Notes under the pieces: model-generated | Seen by the model: only the letters and a program-made list of their open reading frames with translations | What the model was told of the DNA's origin: nothing | Database searches by the model: none | Translations under genes and position numbers: made by a program | Part shown: positions 1 to 11,757 of the stretch, piece after piece | Layout of the letters: every line of letters starts with the position of its first letter | How positions within the stretch are numbered: position 1 is the first letter of the stretch | DNA from: an uncultured Clostridiaceae bacterium | GTDB lineage: Bacteria; Bacillota; Clostridia; TANB77; CAG-508 | Direction: 5' to 3' | NCBI GenBank assembly: GCA_947245665.1 | Contig: CAMXOP010000001.1 | Coordinates: 1-51,115 of the forward strand | DNA: 51,115 bases

Positions 1-1475
1 GTTACTAATTCACATGCTGATGATGCATATACTTCATGAAATGTAAGTATTGCATTTTCTATAAAATCAGTACTTCTTCTATGATGGTCTATAATTACTA
101 TTTTATTTGTTTTTTCTATTAGTTCTGGTACTTCTACATAGCTCATTTTATGAGTATCTACTACTACTAGTAATGTTTCTGGATTTATAACTTCTAGGGC
201 TTTATCTTTTCCTATTATTACATTTTTATATTCTTCATTGGATTTTGCAACTTCTATAAAACTATCTATGCTTACTCCAGTAGTTTCATTTACTATATAT
301 GCTTCTTTTCCAATTGTTTTTGCCATTCTATATATTCCAAATGCTGCTCCCATTGCATCTATGTCACTATTTGAATGTCCCATTACAACTACTTTTGCTG
401 ACTCTAACATTAGTTCTTCTAATGCTTGTGCTACTATTCTTGCTTTGACTTTTGTTCTCTTTTCTAGTTCTTGTGTTCTACCTCCAAAGAAAGTATATTT
501 TTCATTTTTTCTTATAATCGCTTGATCTCCGCCTCTTCCTAATGCAATATCTATAGTTGCTTGCGCTGATTTATATTTTTTGTAACTTGATTCTCCTTCA
601 TTTGAAATCGCAATACTTAGGGTTGACCTTATTTTCCCTGGTATTGATACTTCTTTTATTTTATCTAATATCGTAAATTTTTCATTTTCTAATTCATTTA
701 AATATTTTTGCTCTAATATAACTATAAATGTGTCTCTTTCAGATTTTACTATTAAACCTTTAAATTCACTTGCCCAATCATATAAACTTTTCTCTATAGT
801 TGCTGTTATTATAGCTCTATCTTCTGTTGATACTCGCTGCATTATTTCTTCATAGTTATCTATCATTATTATTCCAACACATATTTGTGAATCATTATAT
901 TTATTTACAATATCTATATTTTCTGTTTCATCTATGAAATATAAGCTTGTCATATATTCATTTTCTTTTTTGTTGTCGTTACATTTAGTATATTCGCCTA
1001 AAATATTATAAGTTTTGTCTCCTATATTTATTTGTTTTTTTATTAATTCTTTTAGTTCTTTTTTATTTTCTTCACTACTATTTTCTATTTCTAATTTTAA
1101 TTCTTTTATAATATTATTTAAGTATGTATTTATATCAATATTAGCAAATTCCTTAATGAATTTTGAACTTTTCCATATAATATTTCCATCTGTTTCTATT
1201 ACTATTAATGGAAATGGTGAGTTAATTAATGTACTTTTTGCTGCATTATCTACTGCACCTGTTAAATCTTTTATGTGGTCTGAAAGCTCTACCTTTCTTT
1301 TATTATTTGTCCAATATGCATACATTACTATTAATACGAATGTCAATATTGCTGGCATAATAAAATGAGGTTCATAAAAGCATATTGCTATTAACAATAT
1401 CCCTATTATTACTAAATATACTTTTGTTTTTGAAACTAACTTATCAAAAACCTTTACATTATTGTTTTTAGGCAT
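1..1475 (-). CDS. gdpP: cyclic-di-AMP phosphodiesterase, GdpP family (C-terminal part runs off the window start)
   Basis: Absent from the ORF track because it is open to the window edge. My minus-strand translation starts at ATG 1475 (AAAGGAGA 8 nt upstream). It gives two N-terminal hydrophobic helices, a degenerate PAS/GGDEF-like middle, then DHH-family motifs (...VMGHSNSDIDAMGAAFG..., ...IVIIDHHRRS...) and ...FHEVYASSACELV at the edge. The frame is continuous over 490 codons. Confidence 0.75.
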   Translation of the reverse strand, partial: MPKNNNVKVFDKLVSKTKVYLVIIGILLIAICFYEPHFIMPAILTFVLIVMYAYWTNNKRKVELSDHIKDLTGAVDNAAKSTLINSPFPLIVIETDGNIIWKSSKFIKEFANIDINTYLNNIIKELKLEIENSSEENKKELKELIKKQINIGDKTYNILGEYTKCNDNKKENEYMTSLYFIDETENIDIVNKYNDSQICVGIIMIDNYEEIMQRVSTEDRAIITATIEKSLYDWASEFKGLIVKSERDTFIVILEQKYLNELENEKFTILDKIKEVSIPGKIRSTLSIAISNEGESSYKKYKSAQATIDIALGRGGDQAIIRKNEKYTFFGGRTQELEKRTKVKARIVAQALEELMLESAKVVVMGHSNSDIDAMGAAFGIYRMAKTIGKEAYIVNETTGVSIDSFIEVAKSNEEYKNVIIGKDKALEVINPETLLVVVDTHKMSYVEVPELIEKTNKIVIIDHHRRSTDFIENAILTFHEVYASSACELV

Positions 1476-1635
1476 AAAATTCTCCTTTTAATTTTGCTTT
1501 ACATATACTATAATTTTACTATTTTTTGGGGCTTTTGTCAAATTTTAGAGATGTCCCAAAAATTTGTGACATATGAACTTTATTTATTATAGTTATAAAA
1601 TATTTAGTTAGTCTTTTTTATTATACTAATATATT

Positions 1636-1903
1636 TTACTTAATAGATTTATCTATATATTCTATTAAAAATAGTGGTATATTTATGATTTTACCATCTT
1701 TGCTTAAATTATTCATTAATAATCTTACTAATAAATCTTTATTATATTCTTTCATTATATTTAGTCAAACTAATGTTATTAGTTGATTTATTTGATTTTA
1801 CTTCTATAGCTATTATATTGTTTCTGTATTGAATTACAAAGCCTATTTCATGTATATCAAAAGTAAAATAATTTAGTACTGTATCGAAGATAATATTTAA
1901 CAT
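1636..1903 (-). pseudogene. decayed 3' remnant of an AAA+ ATPase (DUF4143-like C-terminus), two short out-of-frame ORF pieces
   Basis: Minus-strand ORFs 1742..1903 (MLNIIFDTVLNYFTFDIHEIGFVIQYRNNIIAIEVKSNKSTNN...) and 1636..1755 (MKEYNKDLLVRLLMNNLSKDGKIINIPLFLIEY...) overlap in different frames. The '(D/E)IxFV...IEVKS' pattern resembles the C-terminus of DUF4143 ATPases. No N-terminal part and no RBS. The assignment is from memory of the family only. Confidence 0.3.
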
Positions 1904-2161
1904 ATTTATTGCTTCACTTAGTATATACCTAAATGTGTTAAAATTGGAACTACCTCTTCTTTTATTTTAGGGGTTATTCTAACAGTTGACATTTTAATGA
2001 CCTTTTATCTCTATCTATATACATTTTATGCATATTGTACACATTTATCAATATTTATACAGACTCTTATATTTTTTATTCATAAGTTTTTTGTATTGTA
2101 ACAAATTTTATTTATTTCTATATTTTCTTTTTTACTTTCTATAATATTTTTTCTATTATCT

Positions 2162-2197
2162 AAAAAAACCAACTCATTAATTTGAGTTGGTTTTTTG
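2162..2197 (-). terminator. rho-independent terminator after rpoC (bidirectional hairpin)
   Basis: CCAACTCA (2169-2176) pairs with TGAGTTGG (2183-2190), flanked by an A-run and a T-run, immediately downstream of the rpoC stop at 2203. Confidence 0.7.
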
Positions 2198-2202
2198 TTT
2201 TT

Positions 2203-5200
2203 TTATTCTGCTACTGCTTCTTCTGCATCTTCTTCGCTTTCTTCTGCTGGTAATTGGTCGTCTTCTGTGCTTATTCTTGTATTTTTGTATTTTGCAAGAC
2301 CTGTTCCTGCTGGAATTAATTTACCTATAATTACATTTTCTTTTAGTCCTATTAATTCATCAACTTTTCCTTTTATTGCAGCTTCTGTTAGTACTCTTGT
2401 TGTTTCTTGGAATGATGCTGCTGATAAGAAACTATCTGTTGCTAGTGATGCTTTTGTTATTCCTAGTAACACACGTTTTCCAGTTGCTGGACGTTTTCCT
2501 TCTTCAATTGCTTTTTCGTTTATATCTTTAAATTCATACATGTCTACTAGTGAACCTGCAAATAGGTGTGTATCTCCATTGTCTTCTACTCTTACTTTTT
2601 TAAGCATTTGTCTACCTATTACTTCTATGTGTTTGTCGTTTATATCAACACCTTGGTTTCTATATACTTTTTGTACTTCTTGTACTAAGTAGTTGTAAAC
2701 TCCTTCTGGTCCTTTAATTAGCAGTAATTCGTTTGGATTTATTGAACCTTCTGTTAGCGGTTGACCTGCAACTACTTGGTCTCCTTCTTTTACTTTTAGT
2801 TTTGAACCAAATGGTATTACATATGTTTTGCTATCATCACTTGATGCTACTACAAGTTCTTTCTTTTTCTTGTTTTCTTGTAGTTTTACTTTACCATCTA
2901 TTTCTGTTATTATTGCAACACCCTTAGGTTTTCTTGCTTCAAATAACTCTTCAACCCTTGGAAGACCTTGTGTAATATCGGCAACACCAGCAACACCACC
3001 AGAGTGAATTGTTCTCATTGTAAGCTGTGTACCTGGCTCACCTATTGATTGAGCTGCTATGATACCAACTGCTTCACCAATGTCTGCTTCTTTTTGGCTT
3101 GATAGACCCATACCATAACATTTTGAACAAACTCCGTTTTTTGTTCTACATCCAAATACTGAGCGTACTCTTACTGTTTCTATTCCTGCAGCTACTATTT
3201 TATCTGCTATGTTAGCTGTAATCATAGTATCTGTAGTTACTATTATTTCTTTTGTTTCTGGATCTATGATGTCTTCTAATGGATATCTTCCTGTTATTCT
3301 TTCTTCTAAGCTTTCTATTACTTGGTTTCCATCTTTTATCGCTGTAAGCTCTATTCCATCATGTGTTCCACAGTCATGTTCTCTTACTATGATGTCTTGT
3401 GATACGTCTACTAATCTTCTTGTTAAGTATCCTGAATCGGCTGTTCTTAACGCTGTATCTGAAAGACCTTTACGAGCACCATGGGCAGAAATGAAGTATT
3501 CTAGAGCGTCTAGACCTTCTCTGAATGATGATTTGATTGGTATTTCGACTGTTCTACCTGTTGTACTTGCCATAAGTCCACGCATACCTGCTATTTGTTT
3601 TAATTGGTCTAAGTTACCACGCGCACCTGAGTCTGACATGACATATAGTGGGTTTAATTTATCAAAGTTATTTTTCATGGCTACACTGACATCACTTGTA
3701 GCTTTTTCCCATATTTTAATTACTGATTGGTATCTTTCCTCTTCTGTAATTAAACCACGTTTATATTGTTTTAATACATTTGCTACTTGTTGTCCTGCAT
3801 CTTCTAATATTGTTTTCTTTTCTTCTGGAACCTTCGCATCTTCTATTGAAACTGTTATACCACTTGTTGTTGAATGTTTGAAACCTGATGATTTAATGTA
3901 ATCTAATAATTCTGCTGTTCTTGATAGTCCATGTTTTTCTATACATTTTCCAACTATTTTTCCTAGCATTTTCTTGTTTGTTACAAAGTTTATTTCTGGC
4001 TCAAATTCATTTTCTGGATTTGTTCTATCTACAAAACCTAAGTCTTGTGGTATTTCTTTATTGAATATTATTCTACCAACTGTTGTTTCAACTTTCTTAT
4101 GTCTTTCGTTTCCTTCTTCATCTATTTTGCTCATTCTTACGAATATTTTAGCATGCATTCCTACTTCTTTATTTTCGTAAGCCATTATTGCTTCTTCTGG
4201 AGATGAGAAGTAATTTCCTTCTCCTTTTTCTCCTTCTACTTCCATTGTTAAGTAGTAGTTTCCTAATATCATATCTTGTGATGGTACTGTTACTGGTTTA
4301 CCATCTTGTGGTTTTAGTAAGTTGTTTACTGATAACATTAGGTATCTTGCTTCTGCTTGTGCTTCTGGTGATAATGGTAAGTGAATAGCCATTTGGTCAC
4401 CATCGAAGTCAGCATTGAAAGCTGTACATACTAATGGGTGTAGTTTTATTGCTCTACCTTCTACTAATACTGGTTCAAATGCTTGAATACCAAGTCTATG
4501 TAGTGTTGGAGCACGGTTTAACATTACTGGGTGATCTTTTATAACTTCTTCTAATATATCCCATACTTCTGGGCGAAGTCTTTCTACCATTCTTTTTGCA
4601 TTTTTAATATTATGTGCTAAACCTCTTCCTACTAATTCTTTCATTACAAAAGGTTTGAATAATTCTACTGCCATTTCTTTTGGAACACCACATTGGTATA
4701 TTTGAAGTTCTGGTCCTACTACGATAACTGAACGTCCTGAGTAGTCAACACGTTTTCCTAATAAGTTTTGACGGAAACGTCCTTGTTTACCTTTTAGTAA
4801 GTCTGATAGAGATTTTAATGCTCTATTTCCAGCACCTGTTACTGGTCTTCCTCTTCTTGAGTTATCTATTAAGGCATCTACAGATTCTTGTAGCATTCTT
4901 TTTTCATTTCTTTTAATAATTTCTGGTGCTCCAAGTTCTATTAATCTTTTAAGTCTGTTATTTCTATTTATAACTCTTCTATATAAGTCGTTTAAGTCTG
5001 ATGTAGCAAATCTACCACCATCTAATTGTACCATTGGTCTTAATTCTGGTGGAATTACTGGTACTACATTCATTATCATCCATTCAGGTCTATTTCCTGA
5101 AAGTCTGAAAGATTCTACTGTGTCTAATCTTTTTATTAATTTAGCTTTCTTTTGCTCACTAGCTTTTTCTAATTCTTTTTTTAAGCTAACTGATAATTTT

Positions 5201-5757
5201 TCTAAATCAACTTCTCTTAATAGTTTTTCTAAAGCTTCTGCTCCCATTTCTGCTTTGAAGCTTCCATATCCATATTTTTCTACTGCTTCATGGTATTCTT
5301 TTTCTGTTAGAACTTGGCATTTCATTAGTCCTGATGTTCCTTTGTCTGTTACTATATATGATGCAAAATAAATTATTTTTTCTAGGTTTCTTGGTGAAAT
5401 GTCTAACATTAATGCTATTCTACTTGGTATTCCTTTGAAGTACCATATATGTGCAACTGGTGCTGCAAGTTCAATATGTCCCATTCTTTCACGTCTTACT
5501 TTAGATTTTGTTACTTCTACTCCACATCTATCGCAGACTATACCTTTATAACGAACTCTTTTGTATTTACCACAATGACATTCCCAGTCTTTTGTTGGAC
5601 CAAATATTCTTTCACAGAATAGACCGTCTTTTTCTGGTTTTAGAGTTCTATAATTGATAGTTTCTGGTTTTTTAACTTCTCCCTTAGACCATTCTCTAAT
5701 TTTTTCATCTGATGCTAATCCGATTTTTATTTTATCAAATATCTCTAATTCATCCAC
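2203..5757 (-). CDS. rpoC: DNA-directed RNA polymerase subunit beta'
   Basis: 1184-aa ORF with a GTG start. N-terminal zinc-binding CHCGKY...CDRCGVEV, catalytic NADFDGDQM, and full-length beta' colinearity. Confidence 0.98.
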   Translation of the reverse strand: MDELEIFDKIKIGLASDEKIREWSKGEVKKPETINYRTLKPEKDGLFCERIFGPTKDWECHCGKYKRVRYKGIVCDRCGVEVTKSKVRRERMGHIELAAPVAHIWYFKGIPSRIALMLDISPRNLEKIIYFASYIVTDKGTSGLMKCQVLTEKEYHEAVEKYGYGSFKAEMGAEALEKLLREVDLEKLSVSLKKELEKASEQKKAKLIKRLDTVESFRLSGNRPEWMIMNVVPVIPPELRPMVQLDGGRFATSDLNDLYRRVINRNNRLKRLIELGAPEIIKRNEKRMLQESVDALIDNSRRGRPVTGAGNRALKSLSDLLKGKQGRFRQNLLGKRVDYSGRSVIVVGPELQIYQCGVPKEMAVELFKPFVMKELVGRGLAHNIKNAKRMVERLRPEVWDILEEVIKDHPVMLNRAPTLHRLGIQAFEPVLVEGRAIKLHPLVCTAFNADFDGDQMAIHLPLSPEAQAEARYLMLSVNNLLKPQDGKPVTVPSQDMILGNYYLTMEVEGEKGEGNYFSSPEEAIMAYENKEVGMHAKIFVRMSKIDEEGNERHKKVETTVGRIIFNKEIPQDLGFVDRTNPENEFEPEINFVTNKKMLGKIVGKCIEKHGLSRTAELLDYIKSSGFKHSTTSGITVSIEDAKVPEEKKTILEDAGQQVANVLKQYKRGLITEEERYQSVIKIWEKATSDVSVAMKNNFDKLNPLYVMSDSGARGNLDQLKQIAGMRGLMASTTGRTVEIPIKSSFREGLDALEYFISAHGARKGLSDTALRTADSGYLTRRLVDVSQDIIVREHDCGTHDGIELTAIKDGNQVIESLEERITGRYPLEDIIDPETKEIIVTTDTMITANIADKIVAAGIETVRVRSVFGCRTKNGVCSKCYGMGLSSQKEADIGEAVGIIAAQSIGEPGTQLTMRTIHSGGVAGVADITQGLPRVEELFEARKPKGVAIITEIDGKVKLQENKKKKELVVASSDDSKTYVIPFGSKLKVKEGDQVVAGQPLTEGSINPNELLLIKGPEGVYNYLVQEVQKVYRNQGVDINDKHIEVIGRQMLKKVRVEDNGDTHLFAGSLVDMYEFKDINEKAIEEGKRPATGKRVLLGITKASLATDSFLSAASFQETTRVLTEAAIKGKVDELIGLKENVIIGKLIPAGTGLAKYKNTRISTEDDQLPAEESEEDAEEAVAE

Positions 5758-5923
5758 TATTTTTTAGCCCCTCTCTAATTTTAATATAAATGTTAGAATA
5801 TTGTTATATTAAATATATTTTTTTGGCTTTCATTAAAATTCAAAAATAATCCACTGCTGTGCAATTCCTTTTTGTCTATTTTTTTATTTGTTTTGAAAAT
5901 ATTTAATTAGTTTGATTTCATGA

Positions 5924-6061
5924 GCAGACTTAGAGGCCTGCCCCTACATCTTTTTAATTTTACATATTTTTTATAGTTATATTTAATTTCTACATATCGT
6001 TTTATAGATTTTTCTTTTTGTTCTATCTATTTTATATGTAGGGGCAGGCCTCTAAGTCTGC
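5924..6061. repeat. 138-bp element with perfect 26-bp terminal inverted repeats (MITE/REP-like) in the rpoB-rpoC spacer
   Basis: GCAGACTTAGAGGCCTGCCCCTACAT at 5924-5949 is the exact reverse complement of 6036-6061. The arms are GC-rich islands in an AT-rich spacer. The 86-nt interior carries an internal TACATAT...TTATAG direct repeat. Confidence 0.75.
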
Positions 6062-6079
6062 CCTTTTCTAATTAAATTT

Positions 6080-9000
6080 CTATTCTAATCCATCATTTTC
6101 TAAGTTGTCTTCTGCTAAGTCTGTATCAAATAGGATTTCGTCTTCATCGTCTAATTCTGTGAATAGCTCATCTGCATCTGTATCTAGTAGTATCTCTTCG
6201 TTGTCTTCATCTATTTCTATATAGTTTTCATCTAGTTCATTTTGTTGTAATACGTCTTCTCCTATTTTTGCTTCTTCATAGTCTATTCCTTCATCGATGT
6301 GTTCTTTTATTTCTAGTTCTTCATCATTTTCTGAATATAAACGTACGTCTAATCCTAATGATTGTAGTTCTTTTATTAATACTTTGAATGATTCTGGTAC
6401 TCCTGGTTCTGGTACATTTTCTCCTTTTACTATTGCTTCATATGTTTTTACACGTCCAATTACGTCATCTGATTTTACTGTTAACATTTCTTGTAATGTG
6501 TAAGCTGCACCATATGCCTCTAATGCCCAAACTTCCATTTCTCCAAAACGTTGTCCACCAAATTGTGCTTTACCTCCTAGTGGTTGTTGTGTTACTAGTG
6601 AGTATGGTCCTGTTGAACGTGCATGTATTTTGTCATCTACTAAGTGATGTAGTTTTAACATGTACATTACACCAACTGTTACTGGATTATCAAATTTTTC
6701 ACCTGTACGTCCATCTATTAATATTGATTTTCCATCTTCTCTTAACCCTGCTTCACGTAGTAATTCTTTTATTTCTTCGTCTGATGCACCATCAAATACT
6801 GGTGTTGCAACTTTCCATCCTAGTGCTTTTGCTGCCATACCTAAATGAACTTCTAAAACTTGACCTAAATTCATACGTGATGGTATACCTTGTGGATTTA
6901 ATACTATATCTACTGGTGTTCCATCTTCTAAGAATGGCATGTCTTCTACTGGAAGTATTCTTGAAATAACACCTTTGTTACCATGACGTCCAGCCATTTT
7001 ATCTCCAACTGATATTTTTCTCTTTGTTGCTATATAACAACGTATTACTTGATTTACACCAGGTCCTAATTCATCTGAATTATCTCTAGTGAATATTTTT
7101 ACATCTACTATTGTTCCTGCTTCTCCATGTGGTACTCTTAAAGATGTGTCTCTTACTTCTCTTGCTTTTTCTCCAAATATTGCACGAAGTAGTCTTTCTT
7201 CTGCTGTAAGCTCTGTTTCTCCTTTTGGTGTTACTTTACCTACTAGAATGTCTCCTGGTCTTACTTCTGCACCTATTCTTATTATTCCGTTTTCATCTAG
7301 GTCTTTTAATCCATCATCACCAACATTTGGTATATCACGTGTTATTTCTTCTGGACCTAATTTTGTATCACGGCATTCACAGTCATATTCTTCTATATGT
7401 ATTGATGTGTATACATCTTCTTTTACTAGTCTTTCACTAATTAATACAGCATCTTCATAGTTGTAACCTTGCCAAGTTGTGAAAGCTATTAGTACGTTTC
7501 TTCCTAATGCCATTTCTCCATCTTTTGTAGATGGTCCATCTGCTAGGATATCACCTTCATTTACTTTTTCTCCTCTTGTTACAACTGGTCTTTGGTTTAT
7601 ACATGTACCTCCATTTGTTCTTTTGAACTTACGAAGTTTGTATGTATCTATTTCACCTTTTTTGTTTCTAACTTTAACTTCATCTGCAGTTACTTTTTCT
7701 ACAACACCTTCATTTATTGCTGTAACTGTAATTCCAGAGTCTTTTGCTGCTCTATATTCTATTCCTGTACCTACTATTGGAGATTCTGGTATTAATAGTG
7801 GAACTGCTTGACGTTGCATGTTAGAACCCATTAATGAACGTTTAACATCATCATGCTCTAAGAATGGTATCATTGCTGCTGCTACAGATACTAATTCTTT
7901 TGGTGATACATCTACATAGTCTACATCTTCTTTGTCAACCTCTGTTATTTCTGTTTTGTTACGTACTTTTATTCTTTTATTTTCGAATCTTCCTTCTTCA
8001 TCTAGTGGTTCAGAAGCTTGAGCTATTATGTAGTTATCTTCTTGGTCCGCTGACATATATTCAACTATATCTGTTACTTTTCCTGTTTCTTTATCAACTT
8101 TTCTATATGGTGTTTCAATAAATCCATATTCATTTATAATTGCAAAAGATGATAAAGCTGAAATTAAACCGATATTTGGTCCTTCAGGAGATTCTACAGG
8201 GCATAGTCTTCCATAGTGTGTATAGTGTATATCACGAACCTCAAAACCTGCTCTTTCTCTTGATAAACCACCTGGTCCTAATGCTGATATTCTTCTTTTA
8301 TGTGTAAGCTCTGATAATGGGTTTGTTTGATCCATGAATTGTGATAATTGTGAGCTTCCAAAGAATTCTCTAATTGATGATGTAATAGGCTTTGTATTTA
8401 TTAATGTTTGTGGTGTTACTATATCTAAGTCTTGTATTGTCATTCTTTCACGAACAACTCTTTCAAGTCTTGTTAAACCAATTCTGAATTGATTTTGTAA
8501 TAGTTCTCCAACACATCTTATACGTCTATTTCCTAAATGGTCTATATCATCTATTGTTCCTATTCCATGATCTAGGTTTAATACATAGTTGATTGAAGCT
8601 ATAATATCTTCGTTTGTTATATGTTTAGGTACTAACTCTTCTTTTCTTTCAACTAGTACTTTGTGTAAATCTTTTTTGTCAGTCGTCTCTAATATAGATT
8701 TTAATACTTCATAATTTACTTCTTCTTTAAAATGTAAATCACTTATATCAACATCTGTTACAAAGCTGTGGATATTTACTGTTCCATTTCCTATTATTCT
8801 TACTTTTTTGTCATTTACTTTTATATCTACTATATTTAGACCTGTATTTTGTATTTCTTCTGCAACTTCTTTTGATATTGTATTATCCTTTTCTACTAAT
8901 ACTTCTCCTGTAGATGGGTCTATAATATCTTCAAATGCTACTTTTCCTTCTATTCTTGTTGCTAAACTTAATTTTTGGTTGAATTTGAATCTACCAACCT

Positions 9001-9802
9001 TTGCTAAGTCATATCTTCTTTCATCGAAGAATAAACCATTGAATAAATTTCTAGCAGCATCGACTGTTGGAAGTTCTCCTGGTCTTAATTTTTTGTATAT
9101 TTCTATTAATGCATCATCTTGTGTTTTAATAGTATCTTTGGCTATTGTAGCTGTTATTTTTGCTTCTTCTCCAAATAAAGCTAGTATTTGCTCATCTGTT
9201 GTTAAACCAATTGCTCTTAATAAACATGTAACTGGTATTTTTCTTGTTCTATCTACCCTTGCCCAGAATACGTCGTTTCCATCTGTTTCATATTCTATCC
9301 ATGCTCCACGAATTGGCATAACTGTTGATGTAAATACTTTTTTACCTGTTTTATCAAATTCATATGCATAATAACAACCTGGTGAACGTACTAACTGACT
9401 TACTACAACTCTTTCTGCACCATTAATAATGAAAGTTCCACTTTCAGTCATTAGTGGGAAATCTCCAAGGTAAATTTCTTGTTCTTTAATTTCACCTGTT
9501 TCACGGTTAATTAAACGTACTTTTACATGTAACCTTGTAGAATAAGTTGCGTCTCTTTCTTTAGCTTCTTCAACTGTGTATTTAGTTTTATCTTCCATGT
9601 AGTAATCGAAAAATTCAAGAACTAAGTTACCAGAATAATCAACTATTGGTGAAATATCTTTTAATACTTCTCCCAATCCTTCCTCTACGAACCAATCGTA
9701 AGAATCTCTTTGAACCTTAATAAGGTTTGGCATTTCTACGAAATCGCCAATTTTTGCAAACGTTTTACGTGTGCTTTTTTCGTGTTTGATATCTTTTACC
9801 AA
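6080..9802 (-). CDS. rpoB: DNA-directed RNA polymerase subunit beta
   Basis: The ORF-track entry runs to 9853, but AGGAG at 9811-9815 plus 8 nt precedes TTG at 9802 ([18 protein letters not shown]...), the usual RpoB N-terminus. [14 protein letters not shown] and other beta-subunit blocks are present. The C-terminus has an acidic tail. Confidence 0.97.
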   Translation of the reverse strand: MVKDIKHEKSTRKTFAKIGDFVEMPNLIKVQRDSYDWFVEEGLGEVLKDISPIVDYSGNLVLEFFDYYMEDKTKYTVEEAKERDATYSTRLHVKVRLINRETGEIKEQEIYLGDFPLMTESGTFIINGAERVVVSQLVRSPGCYYAYEFDKTGKKVFTSTVMPIRGAWIEYETDGNDVFWARVDRTRKIPVTCLLRAIGLTTDEQILALFGEEAKITATIAKDTIKTQDDALIEIYKKLRPGELPTVDAARNLFNGLFFDERRYDLAKVGRFKFNQKLSLATRIEGKVAFEDIIDPSTGEVLVEKDNTISKEVAEEIQNTGLNIVDIKVNDKKVRIIGNGTVNIHSFVTDVDISDLHFKEEVNYEVLKSILETTDKKDLHKVLVERKEELVPKHITNEDIIASINYVLNLDHGIGTIDDIDHLGNRRIRCVGELLQNQFRIGLTRLERVVRERMTIQDLDIVTPQTLINTKPITSSIREFFGSSQLSQFMDQTNPLSELTHKRRISALGPGGLSRERAGFEVRDIHYTHYGRLCPVESPEGPNIGLISALSSFAIINEYGFIETPYRKVDKETGKVTDIVEYMSADQEDNYIIAQASEPLDEEGRFENKRIKVRNKTEITEVDKEDVDYVDVSPKELVSVAAAMIPFLEHDDVKRSLMGSNMQRQAVPLLIPESPIVGTGIEYRAAKDSGITVTAINEGVVEKVTADEVKVRNKKGEIDTYKLRKFKRTNGGTCINQRPVVTRGEKVNEGDILADGPSTKDGEMALGRNVLIAFTTWQGYNYEDAVLISERLVKEDVYTSIHIEEYDCECRDTKLGPEEITRDIPNVGDDGLKDLDENGIIRIGAEVRPGDILVGKVTPKGETELTAEERLLRAIFGEKAREVRDTSLRVPHGEAGTIVDVKIFTRDNSDELGPGVNQVIRCYIATKRKISVGDKMAGRHGNKGVISRILPVEDMPFLEDGTPVDIVLNPQGIPSRMNLGQVLEVHLGMAAKALGWKVATPVFDGASDEEIKELLREAGLREDGKSILIDGRTGEKFDNPVTVGVMYMLKLHHLVDDKIHARSTGPYSLVTQQPLGGKAQFGGQRFGEMEVWALEAYGAAYTLQEMLTVKSDDVIGRVKTYEAIVKGENVPEPGVPESFKVLIKELQSLGLDVRLYSENDEELEIKEHIDEGIDYEEAKIGEDVLQQNELDENYIEIDEDNEEILLDTDADELFTELDDEDEILFDTDLAEDNLENDGLE

Positions 9803-10085
9803 AACAATCACTCCTAAATAAGATTTAAGCAGAAAATAAATATCAGGGGACACCTTATCCCTTATGAATTAGTATTTAAATGGTTATAGTGTTCTCCTAA
9901 TTTATACCTTTGTGAATTAAAATATATATTATAAAAAGAAGTCCTTCTTGAAATTAATTTTACCCCTATAAAACCTCCCCCTCCTGCTCATTAAAAGCTT
10001 GGTTTTACAGCATAAAATTAGTCCAATTCCTCTTCTTCTTAAATTACGTAAACAGTAAAATGGGCAAATAGCCCTATACTATTTT

Positions 10086-10115
10086 AGTATACCTCAAAAT
10101 CATACAGCTTGTCAA
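10086..10115 (-). promoter_or_regulatory. candidate sigma-A promoter for rpoBC (TTGACA-18 nt-TATACT), about 280-nt leader
   Basis: Minus strand reads cTTGACAagctgtatgattttgaggTATACTaaaa. It lies just downstream of the palindromic element that follows the preceding gene. Confidence 0.45.
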
Positions 10116-10134
10116 GTTTTTTCACAAAAAAAGT

Positions 10135-10233
10135 CAATAAGGACGGCAATATCATTAAGTTAAGAAAAATAGTAAGTACATTCTTTAAATACTTACTATT
10201 TTTCTTAACTTAATGATATTGCCGTCCCTATTG
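10135..10233. repeat. about 99-bp palindromic element (arms about 44 bp), GGACGG family
   Basis: CAATAAGGACGGCAATATCATTAAGTTAAGAAAAATAGTAAGTA, an 11-nt loop, then its reverse complement ending CCGTCCCTATTG. Located directly after the stop of CDS 10239..10982. It shares its CAATA(A/G)GGACGG termini with the element at 29448. Confidence 0.8.
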
Positions 10234-10238
10234 TATTA

Positions 10239-10982
10239 TTAATTTTTTTCTCTTTTAAATACATATTTACTGGTATCTGTTATTTCTAATGTTGATTTTC
10301 CTGTTGTTGTTATTTCTTCTGTTGGTAAATCTAAGTTTATATTTGTTTTGAATTTTTTTCCTTTTGTCTTAATTATTAAATCAAATTTTACTCCAAATTT
10401 TATTTCTTCATCTGTTATTCCCATATTTTTAAGCATCGTTCCATCTATTATTACTTCTTGATTATCTAAATTGTATGTCCCTAAATTAGTATTTCCAAAG
10501 GCTATTGCTATAATTCCTCCTTGATTATTAATTTCTAATGTGGTTGTATTGCTTTTATTCGCTCCTATATATTTTAATGAATTTTCTTCTAATATATATT
10601 CACTAGAATATGTAAATTTTTTATTTTCTGTTGTATTTGGTATATATATTTTTACTTCCCCTTTTTGCGGTTGTTTTGTTATTTGTATATTGGATATTTC
10701 TATTTCGTCTATAACTGCTGTTTCTTTATAATTTTCATTTTTCTTTATTTCAATATATATACCATTATTTTGTATTATTCTATTTTCTTTATTTTCTATT
10801 GATATTCCATTATCTTCACTTACTACCATACTACCAATTACTATTTTTGAAAGTTTAAAGGGCATACTTTTTTCTCCTTCTACACTATATTTTATAGATA
10901 TGGCTATTGCTGTTAGTATTAATAGTAAAACGATACCTGCTGCTATTGCTGTTTTTATTTTATCTTTTCTACTATCTTCCAT
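10239..10982 (-). CDS. hypothetical membrane-anchored protein
   Basis: 247-aa ORF with a single N-terminal TM helix (AIAAGIVLLLILTAIAISI). Its start abuts the tadA stop (TAAATG), suggesting translational coupling. No family recognised. Confidence 0.6.
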   Translation of the reverse strand: MEDSRKDKIKTAIAAGIVLLLILTAIAISIKYSVEGEKSMPFKLSKIVIGSMVVSEDNGISIENKENRIIQNNGIYIEIKKNENYKETAVIDEIEISNIQITKQPQKGEVKIYIPNTTENKKFTYSSEYILEENSLKYIGANKSNTTTLEINNQGGIIAIAFGNTNLGTYNLDNQEVIIDGTMLKNMGITDEEIKFGVKFDLIIKTKGKKFKTNINLDLPTEEITTTGKSTLEITDTSKYVFKREKN

Positions 10983-11450
10983 TTATATCCTCCTACATTT
11001 CTTTCTTTTTCTTAACTGTTTGAAAAATTCTTGTAAAATACTTTCGCATTCATTTTTTAGAATTCCAGTTTCATATTCTACTTTATGGTTGAATGGATAA
11101 TCTTCTAATACATTTAATATACTTCCACATGCTCCTGTTTTATAGTCCATTGTTCCTATATATATTTTTCCTAATCTAGCTTGAATAATTGCTCCTGCAC
11201 ACATTGTACATGGTTCTAATGTAACATACATTTCACAATCGGATAATCTCCATGCACTTATTTTTTTACTTGCTTTCTGAATTGCTATTATTTCTGCATG
11301 TTTTGTTGCACATTTTTTTCCTTCTTTTAAATTATGGGCTCTTGCTATTATTTTTCCATCTTTTACAATAATTGCACCTACTGGAACTTCTAGCTTTTTA
11401 TATGCTTTTTTTGCTTCTTTTAGTGCTTCTTTCATAAATATTTCTTTCAT
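10983..11450 (-). CDS. tadA: tRNA-specific adenosine deaminase
   Basis: 155 aa. CDA-fold zinc motifs HAE(IIAI) and PCTMCAGAI. AGGAG lies 5 nt upstream of the ATG. Confidence 0.9.
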   Translation of the reverse strand: MKEIFMKEALKEAKKAYKKLEVPVGAIIVKDGKIIARAHNLKEGKKCATKHAEIIAIQKASKKISAWRLSDCEMYVTLEPCTMCAGAIIQARLGKIYIGTMDYKTGACGSILNVLEDYPFNHKVEYETGILKNECESILQEFFKQLRKRKKCRRI

Positions 11451-11719
11451 TTTGACTCCTAATTTTTATTTATTGCTTTATTATATTATCATTTTTTTAT
11501 TTTATTTTCAACATTTATTATAATTTATGTTTGTTAATAATTTATCTGTTAAAGTTTATTCATTTAAGTAGTTTAATATTATCATAGGTACTTAAATTAT
11601 AATATTTATTAAGGTTCACTAAAGTACGACCTCTACTAACAAAAGTAGATTCTCTACATTGATAGGTACTGCTTCCCCCCTACAATTTTAACTAATATAT
11701 AGTAGTTCCCTATTATAAA

Positions 11720-11752
11720 ATAAAGAACATGGAAAGTTCCATGTTCTTTATT
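11720..11752 (-). terminator. rho-independent terminator after the adhesin gene
   Basis: AAAGAACATGG / CCATGTTCTTT perfect stem (11722-11749) with flanking A/T runs, immediately downstream of the stop at 11758. Confidence 0.75.
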
Positions 11753-11757
11753 TTATA

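Noticed and set aside
6080-6320. The ~80-aa acidic C-terminal tail of RpoB (…[31 protein letters not shown]…) as a novelty
   Set aside because: Acidic C-terminal extensions of RpoB are common in Firmicutes as far as I recall. There is nothing sequence-specific to follow up.
9803-9853. N-terminal extension of the rpoB ORF ([17 protein letters not shown]...)
   Set aside because: It has no RBS. AGGAG plus 8 nt plus TTG at 9802 gives the conventional RpoB N-terminus.
11640-11700. Possible SRP (4.5S/scRNA) gene next to tadA, suggested by GGGGGGAAGCAG on the minus strand and by the tadA-scr linkage in B. subtilis
   Set aside because: I could not build the helix 8 symmetric/asymmetric loops or find the AGGUC...GGAA context. 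Only an 8-nt match exists, and the locus is upstream rather than downstream of tadA.
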